Virus record (IMG/VR): IMGVR_UViG_3300033067_001742
Location: 1 to 38,687 of that record
DNA from: a virus
Taxonomy: Duplodnaviria > Caudoviricetes
DNA: 38,687 nucleotides
Reading direction: 5' to 3' (one strand)
Of this stretch, positions 33,515-38,687 are shown piece after piece (within the stretch, counting starts at the first letter, position 1; each line of letters starts with the position of its first letter). The notes beneath the pieces were generated by a model. It saw nothing but the letters and a program-made list of their open reading frames with translations, ran no database searches and was not told the origin of the DNA. A program made the translations under genes and the position numbers.

Positions 33515-33724
33515 ATGTCGCCTGATGACCTCATCGCCTTTTTCGGTGGTGTTACCGAAACAGCCCGTGCCTTGGGCGTAAAGCCGCCGAGCGTAAGCGA
33601 GTGGAAGGCGACCGGCGTCGTCCCGGAGACCCGCCAGTATCAGGCGGAGATAGCTACGGGTGGGCGCCTGCGCGCGGACAAGCCAGCCCTGCGCATTCCC
33701 GCTGATGACCGCGAGGCTGCCTGA
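33515..33724 (+). CDS. cro: Cro-like repressor (YdaS/Cro type)
   Basis: 'DLIAFFGGVTETARALGVKPPSVSEW..VVPETRQYQAEIATGGRLRAD'. Confidence 0.88.
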   Translation: MSPDDLIAFFGGVTETARALGVKPPSVSEWKATGVVPETRQYQAEIATGGRLRADKPALRIPADDREAA

Positions 33725-33763
33725 CGTGCTCATGTCGCCTAAATCACTTGAGGAGCTGAGGGT

Positions 33764-33970
33764 ATGAGACCTGTGATCGTGTATGGCCCGCAGGCCTGCG
33801 GGAAGACGACCAACGCCCAGGCGTTGGCTCAAGCGTACGGCTGCACCTCGGTGGTCGACGACTGGACTCCGGGCGAGCCGATCCCGGCCGGAGCGCTGGC
33901 CCTGACGAACGTTCCCGGGGTTCCGGCCGCGATCCCGTTCGCCGAAGCCATGGAACGGGTGCGGGCCTAG
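33764..33970 (+). CDS. Miniature P-loop protein (68 aa)
   Basis: 'VIVYGPQACGKTT' Walker A; GAGG RBS. Confidence 0.7.
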   Translation: MRPVIVYGPQACGKTTNAQALAQAYGCTSVVDDWTPGEPIPAGALALTNVPGVPAAIPFAEAMERVRA

Positions 33971-34041
33971 GTTCGCCGTGAAAGGCGCTTCCACGTCGAT
34001 CCACCTGCCGGTCGTAATCGGTGACGGTGGTGGCGGCAGTG

Positions 34042-34263
34042 CTACTGGGTTGTCATCCCTGACGTGGCCGCTGCCGAGTGTTGCTTCAGCAGTTCCGCGA
34101 GGCGGAGGCATTCCGCCGCCGGGATCTGAAAGTGAATCCAGCCGAACTGGGGATCGCGAAGACTCATGATCGCGCCATCCGCCAAGGGGTACGGCTGCAC
34201 CCAGAACCGGGGGTCGTTGACGACGCGCCATTCGCCCGGCGCCGGCTGGTCTTCTTCTTCCAT
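34042..34263 (-). CDS. Counter-oriented hypothetical protein (73 aa)
   Basis: ATG after GGGAGGG; globular-looking sequence 'DPRFWV..LRDPQFGWIHFQIP..ECLRLAELL'. Confidence 0.55.
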   Translation of the reverse strand: MEEEDQPAPGEWRVVNDPRFWVQPYPLADGAIMSLRDPQFGWIHFQIPAAECLRLAELLKQHSAAATSGMTTQ

Positions 34264-34363
34264 GGTGATCCCTCCCGTGTTGGGTGTGTGCAGGCGCACG
34301 CATTCTGGCACGGGAGGGAATGCCTGATGTGCCATCTGCCCGCTCTCCTTCGGGCTTGCCGTG

Positions 34364-34404
34364 GGCCCGGCCGGTCCTCCTCCCTGCCGGCCGGGTCTCT
34401 TTTT
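34364..34404 (+). terminator. tR1-like intrinsic terminator
   Basis: GGCCCGGCCGG / CCGGCCGGGTC stem followed by TCTTTTT. Confidence 0.6.
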
Positions 34405-34429
34405 CACTCCTCAACAAGAACCCACAACG

Positions 34430-34669
34430 ATGAGTGTCGAGATGAAGCCCGTGCAGGTCCGCCTGCCCGAGGACGCAATGGAAGCCCTCAAGCTCCTGGC
34501 CGAGCTGGAGGACAAGGACCTCGGCGAGAAAGCCCGGGAAATCCTGACGCGCGCGCTGCTGGGTGATGTCCATGCGGCCAGACTACAGGCGGCCCGGTTC
34601 GCGCGCATTCACGCTGGCGACAATTTGCGTCAGGTTGCGGTAGGCCGCGCAAACGGAGGCGGATCGTGA
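34430..34669 (+). CDS. Ribbon-helix-helix regulator in the cII position
   Basis: 'KPVQVRLPEDAMEALKLLAE..DKDLGEKAREIL..AL'. Confidence 0.7.
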   Translation: MSVEMKPVQVRLPEDAMEALKLLAELEDKDLGEKAREILTRALLGDVHAARLQAARFARIHAGDNLRQVAVGRANGGGS

Positions 34670-34803
34670 CCCAGCAACCGCGCCCCGAGACGCCGCTGGA
34701 ACGTGCGCAGCGTGAGTTCCTCATGGCGCGTACTCCCTACGCGCGCCGGAAGGCGCTGAAGCGCCTGGAGGAGCTCAAGGCACAGGAGCGCCGGACATGC
34801 TGA
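34666..34803 (+). CDS. Hypothetical protein (45 aa)
   Basis: GGAGG RBS and GTGA overlap. Confidence 0.5.
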   Translation: MTQQPRPETPLERAQREFLMARTPYARRKALKRLEELKAQERRTC

Positions 34804-34931
34804 ACCGCATGCTCTGGCAGTTCCTGATCATCACGCTGTCCGCCACGCTGCTGCTCGCCCCATGGGCGATTGCGCTGGCTATCTGCGTCGTCCTCTTCCG
34901 CTGGCTCGTCCAGTCGTCCTGCGGGTCCTGA
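34797..34931 (+). CDS. Small membrane peptide (44 aa)
   Basis: AGGAG RBS; MLNRMLWQFLIITLSATLLLAPWAIALAICVVLFRWLVQSSCGS. Confidence 0.5.
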   Translation: MLNRMLWQFLIITLSATLLLAPWAIALAICVVLFRWLVQSSCGS

Positions 34932-34933
34932 CC

Positions 34934-35347
34934 ATGCGTCTCATCACGACCGTCTACAACGCGCTGGTCGAGTTCCGCGACGGGTGCACCCGCAGGCAGC
35001 TCGAGGAAGTCACCGGGCTGTGCAAGGACGAGGTGCACAAAGGCCTCAACGGCCTGCGCCGGCGGCACATGCTGCTGATCCTGGGCGGCGAGCGCGAGCG
35101 TGCGCATTACCGCCTGAAGCCGGGATCGGCGCCACCGGTGGAGATGCGCGGCGGCCGCCGCGACGACGAGCGCCCGCAGCCGGCCCTGATCGTCCTGGAG
35201 GCCTTCTTCGACAACGGCTACCGGGCCGCGAAGCCGCCGTCCAGTCGTGCCGCGCCTGGTGCGCTGCGCACGGCGCGGCGCAGCTCGCCCGCGGCCGCTC
35301 CCGTCAACTCGACCTGCCTGCTCGCCGCTCTTTGGCGTAAGCGCTGA
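34934..35347 (+). CDS. Winged-HTH protein
   Basis: 'CTRRQLEEVTGLCKDEVHKGLNGLRRR..L..G...HYRL'. Confidence 0.6.
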   Translation: MRLITTVYNALVEFRDGCTRRQLEEVTGLCKDEVHKGLNGLRRRHMLLILGGERERAHYRLKPGSAPPVEMRGGRRDDERPQPALIVLEAFFDNGYRAAKPPSSRAAPGALRTARRSSPAAAPVNSTCLLAALWRKR

Positions 35348-35365
35348 CCTTCCGAGGCGTCGCAC

Positions 35366-37732
35366 ATGGCCGCGAGCGGCAATAGGGACCCGTTTCCCCT
35401 GAATCCGGAGGATTGCCGTGCTGCGGCCGTGCGCCTGCGCGAGAGCGCGCCGGCACGCCTCCGCGACCTGCGGCAGTGGCTCGTCTGGCGCTTCGAGCCG
35501 GGCGAGAAGAAGCCGCGCAAGGTGCCGTACTACCTGAGCGGCCACCGGCGCACGGGCACGCAGGGCAGCGAGGAGGACCGCGCCGCGCTCGGCACCTTCG
35601 AGCAGGTCGCGGCCGCGCTGGAGTCGGGCCGAGCGCACGGCGTGGGCTTCGCGTTCCTGCCAGGTGACGGCCTCATCGGGATCGATCTCGACGCCGCGAT
35701 CGCGGAGGACACCGGCGAGATCCAGGCGCGCGCGCAGAGCATCATCGAGTCGTGCGCGAGCTACACCGAATACTCGCCGTCGCGCCGCGGCATGCACATC
35801 ATCGTGGCCGGCGAGAGCGAGACGTTCAAGTCGAACGACATCGGCCTCGAGGTGTTCTGCGGCCGGCAGTTCTTCACATTCACCGGCGAGCGCTATCCGG
35901 GCACGCCGGCCGAGGTGAATCCGATCGAGCTGGCTGTGCTGAACCGCCTGCGCGCCACCGTGCGCGAGGCCAAGGGCAAGCGCTCCAGCGCGCCGTCTGC
36001 ACCCGCTGCAGGAGACGCCACCGACAAGCGGGCCGAGATCGAGTCCGCGCTCGCGTTCGTCTCGTCGGACCTCGACTACAACGCGTGGATCGACATCGGC
36101 GCGACGCTCTTCCACGAGCTGGGCGACGCCGCCGGCTTTGCGCTGTGGGACTGGTGGAGCTCGCGCGGCAGCAAGTACCAGGGCAGCGACGACCTGCGCA
36201 GCCACTGGCGGTCGTTCGGCAACCTGCAGCCCAGCAAGGGCATCTTCAAGCTCGCCCGCGACGCTGGATGGCGGGCGCCGCGCCGCGCAAAACCCTCCCG
36301 ACCCCAAGACCCGCTACCGCCGGCCAAGGATGACGGCGAGGCTTCGCCACCCGCCGATGCGGGCAATGCGAGCGCGGAGCGCGCAGGCGAGTTGGCGGAG
36401 CTCGACGCGCGGCAGGCCGAGAAGTCGGCCGTGCGCAAGGGGCTGCGCAAGAACGAAGACGGCCTGGTCAAGAGCACCACGGCCAACGTCGACCACGTCC
36501 TGCGGCACGACCCGCTATGGAGGGGCGTGCTGGCCTATGACGAGTTCGGCTATCAGATCGTCAAGCTGCGGCCGCCGCCGTTCGCCGAAGGCGCGCGCGC
36601 GGGACCGTGGGAAGAGGTGGATGCCATCCGCGCGGCCGTGTGGCTGGAGCGCGAGTGGGGCATCAGCACCAAGAGCAAGCTGATCGACGAGGTCGCGCGC
36701 TCGATCGCGTGGGACTGCCGCTTCAACAGCGTGCGCAAGTGGCTCGAAGCGATCGATGGCAAGTGGGACGGCACGCCCAGGCTGCCGACGCTGTTGCAGG
36801 ATGCGTTCGGCGCCGACCAGAACGAGTACACGGAACACGTAGGCACCGGCCTGCTGGTGACCGCGGTGGCGCGGATCTTCAACCCGGGGGCCAAGGTCGA
36901 CACCATGGTGGTCCTCGAGGGCCCGCAGGGGATCGGCAAGAGCACGGCCACCATCGAGCTGTTCACGCCCGAGTGGTACGTCGACATCATCGAGCCGCCC
37001 AGTCACAAGGACTTCTACATCACCCTGCAGGGTTGCTGGTGCGTCGAGATCGGCGAGATGCAGTCGTTCACGCGCACCGAGGTCAACCAGGTGAAGCAGG
37101 CGATCAGCCGCCGCGACGACAAGTTCCGGGCGCCCTACGACAAGGCGGCGACCAGTCACCCGCGGCAGTGCATCTTCATCGGCACCACCAACGTCGACGC
37201 TTACCTGATGGACCCGACGGGCGGCCGGCGTTTCTATCCCGTCCGCTGTGCGCACGCCAACGTGCAATACGTGCGCGACATGCGCGAGCAGCTGTTCGCC
37301 GAGGCCATCGTGCGCTACCGGGATGGCTTCCGGTGGTGGGAGGTGCCGGGCGACTTGGCGCAGCACGAGCAGGACCAGCGCTACGTCGAGGACTCGTGGT
37401 GCGAGCCTGTATCCCGATGGCTAGAGGGACACGGCAGCGACAGCAAGTACCCGGACCACATCAAGCGCGGCGACTGGGACAAGGAGACCGGGAAGCGCCC
37501 GGTGTGCGCGGCCACGACGACCGACGTGATGTGCTTCGCCCTGGCGATCGAGCTCGGCAAGCACACGCGTCAGGACCAGATGCGGGTCGGCCAGGTGATG
37601 CGCCGGCTGGGCTGGGACAAGGCGCCCCTGCAGCGTGCCGGCGGGTCGCGCATCCGCCCGTGGGTGAGGCCGGACATGCCGCCTGACGCGCCGCCTGCGG
37701 TCGTGCACGAGGAGCGCGGCGAGCCGTTCTAG
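35366..37732 (+). CDS. Primase-polymerase + PriCT-2 + VapE/VirE-type helicase replication protein
   Basis: AEP motifs 'GIDLD' and 'EYSPSRRGMHI'; PriCT-2 'DYNAWIDIG..L..GFALWDWWS..SKY'; Walker A 'GPQGIGKS', 'VEIGEM', 'FIGTTN', 'DPTGGRRF'. Confidence 0.92.
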   Translation: MAASGNRDPFPLNPEDCRAAAVRLRESAPARLRDLRQWLVWRFEPGEKKPRKVPYYLSGHRRTGTQGSEEDRAALGTFEQVAAALESGRAHGVGFAFLPGDGLIGIDLDAAIAEDTGEIQARAQSIIESCASYTEYSPSRRGMHIIVAGESETFKSNDIGLEVFCGRQFFTFTGERYPGTPAEVNPIELAVLNRLRATVREAKGKRSSAPSAPAAGDATDKRAEIESALAFVSSDLDYNAWIDIGATLFHELGDAAGFALWDWWSSRGSKYQGSDDLRSHWRSFGNLQPSKGIFKLARDAGWRAPRRAKPSRPQDPLPPAKDDGEASPPADAGNASAERAGELAELDARQAEKSAVRKGLRKNEDGLVKSTTANVDHVLRHDPLWRGVLAYDEFGYQIVKLRPPPFAEGARAGPWEEVDAIRAAVWLEREWGISTKSKLIDEVARSIAWDCRFNSVRKWLEAIDGKWDGTPRLPTLLQDAFGADQNEYTEHVGTGLLVTAVARIFNPGAKVDTMVVLEGPQGIGKSTATIELFTPEWYVDIIEPPSHKDFYITLQGCWCVEIGEMQSFTRTEVNQVKQAISRRDDKFRAPYDKAATSHPRQCIFIGTTNVDAYLMDPTGGRRFYPVRCAHANVQYVRDMREQLFAEAIVRYRDGFRWWEVPGDLAQHEQDQRYVEDSWCEPVSRWLEGHGSDSKYPDHIKRGDWDKETGKRPVCAATTTDVMCFALAIELGKHTRQDQMRVGQVMRRLGWDKAPLQRAGGSRIRPWVRPDMPPDAPPAVVHEERGEPF

Positions 37733-37742
37733 GCGCGATCGC

Positions 37743-38010
37743 GTCACAGCCTAGCGCGTGTCACAACCTCGTCCGCTGAGGTTGTGACAGGAAAACGCCA
37801 GCGGAATCAACGATGTCACAACCGTCACAACCGTCACAACCTATTCTCGCGCGCGTACGCGCGCGCGTGATCGCCGCCTGAGAGTTCTTCGTACCGCTGC
37901 GGTAGCGGTTCTATAAGGACCATTTTTAGGTTGTGACGGTTGTGACGGTTGTGACATCGCTGAATCGAAAGGGAAAACGGTGTCACAACCTGTCACAACC
38001 TGTCACAACC
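37743..38010. repeat. Iteron array, probable replication origin
   Basis: Eleven perfect GTCACAACC copies in both orientations directly after the replicase gene; 33-bp perfect inverted repeat 37811-37843 / 37927-37959. Confidence 0.85.
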
Positions 38011-38210
38011 TCAGCGTCGAGGAGCGTCGCAAGCGTAACCGCGAGCGCATGCCCGAGACTGCGCGCGTGATCGACGAGCTGCAGCGCGTGTTCGGCAAGG
38101 TCACCGTGCTCCACGCCAAGGAAGGCGGGCACGAGATCGGCGCGCCTGGCCCGCGCGGCGTGATCGCGTCCGGCAGTGGTCGCCAGTTCGTGAGGCGGCA
38201 GGTTCGATGA
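37980..38210 (+). CDS. Hypothetical protein (76 aa)
   Basis: GTG after AAAGGGA; the first codons overlap the last three iterons. Confidence 0.6.
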   Translation: MSQPVTTCHNLSVEERRKRNRERMPETARVIDELQRVFGKVTVLHAKEGGHEIGAPGPRGVIASGSGRQFVRRQVR

Positions 38211-38265
38211 GGGCCAAGCAAATGGCCGCAGATTTTCCCCGTGTTTTCCGTACCCTCGGGCGTGG

Positions 38266-38281
38266 AGTTACACGTGGAACA
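38266..38281. promoter_or_regulatory. parS-like site AGTTACACGTGGAACA
   Basis: 15/16 match to the chromosomal parS pattern TGTTNCACGTGRAACA; intergenic. Confidence 0.55.
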
Positions 38282-38286
38282 TTCCG

Positions 38287-38634
38287 TTGCCAACCGCTGC
38301 CCGCACGCCATGCCGGCACCCTGGATGCAGGGAGCTGGCCACGTCGCATGGCTTCTGCTCTGCGCATGTGCGCGAGCGTTCGCGGGAGACGGACCGTCAT
38401 CGTGGCAGCGCCGCGGAGCGTGGCTACTCGACCAAGTGGCGCGCGGCTCGGCTCGTGTTCTTGCGCGGCTATCCGCTGTGCAAGGCACACCTCGAGCGCG
38501 GCGAGATCGTGGTCGCGACGGAAGTGGACCACGTCGTGCCGCACCGCGGCGATCCGCGGCTGTTCTGGGATCGCACCAACTGGCAGAGCCTGTGCAAGTC
38601 ATGCCACTCCGCCAAGACGGGCCGTGGTCAGTGA
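38287..38634 (+). CDS. Packaging-associated HNH endonuclease (HK97 gp74-like)
   Basis: 'RGSAAERGY..KWRAAR..FL...PLC', 'ATEVDHVVPHRGD..LFWD..NWQSLCKSCHSAKT'; lies before cos/terS. Confidence 0.92.
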   Translation: MPTAARTPCRHPGCRELATSHGFCSAHVRERSRETDRHRGSAAERGYSTKWRAARLVFLRGYPLCKAHLERGEIVVATEVDHVVPHRGDPRLFWDRTNWQSLCKSCHSAKTGRGQ

Positions 38635-38687
38635 GCCAGGCGACCTGGCAGGGGGCCATCGAAAGTCTGGCCGAGGTGGACGAAGAC

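Noticed and set aside
37743-38010. CRISPR array
   Set aside because: Repeats are 9-10 bp, tandem or inverted, with no unique spacers and no cas genes; they fit iterons.

Overview
This looks like a complete or nearly complete genome of a high-GC, temperate, HK97-like siphovirus. It appears to be opened at or next to its cos site. The host is probably a proteobacterium; this is inferred from gene content and is not proven. Gene order on the + strand: small and large terminase, portal, ClpP-type head protease, HK97 capsid, four extra structural genes (one glycine-rich), neck, tail tube, frameshifting tail chaperone, tape measure, a GTA-like tail tip (DUF2460, DUF2163, NlpC/P60, large tip protein), lysis genes and a metallophosphoesterase. 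Then come attP (5' half of tRNA-Arg(CCT)), int/xis, a leftward early operon, a cI/cro switch, a prim-pol/VapE replicase, an iteron origin and a packaging HNH. Most notable observations: (1) a 2592-bp ISL3-family element with terminal inverted repeats and an 8-bp target duplication, encoding a DNA methyltransferase and a transposase fused to an HNH-like domain, inserted into an attP arm repeat that its own end almost rebuilds; (2) an Acb2-like anti-CBASS gene in a cassette bounded by 17-bp direct repeats that contain the RBS and start codon; (3) an in-frame TGA in the cI-like repressor; (4) an endolysin fused in frame to a holin-like domain; (5) a chromosome-type parS-like site although the phage has no parAB; (6) a C5-methyltransferase reduced to a 72-aa in-frame remnant. 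All family calls come from motif recognition by eye; no database searches were run.
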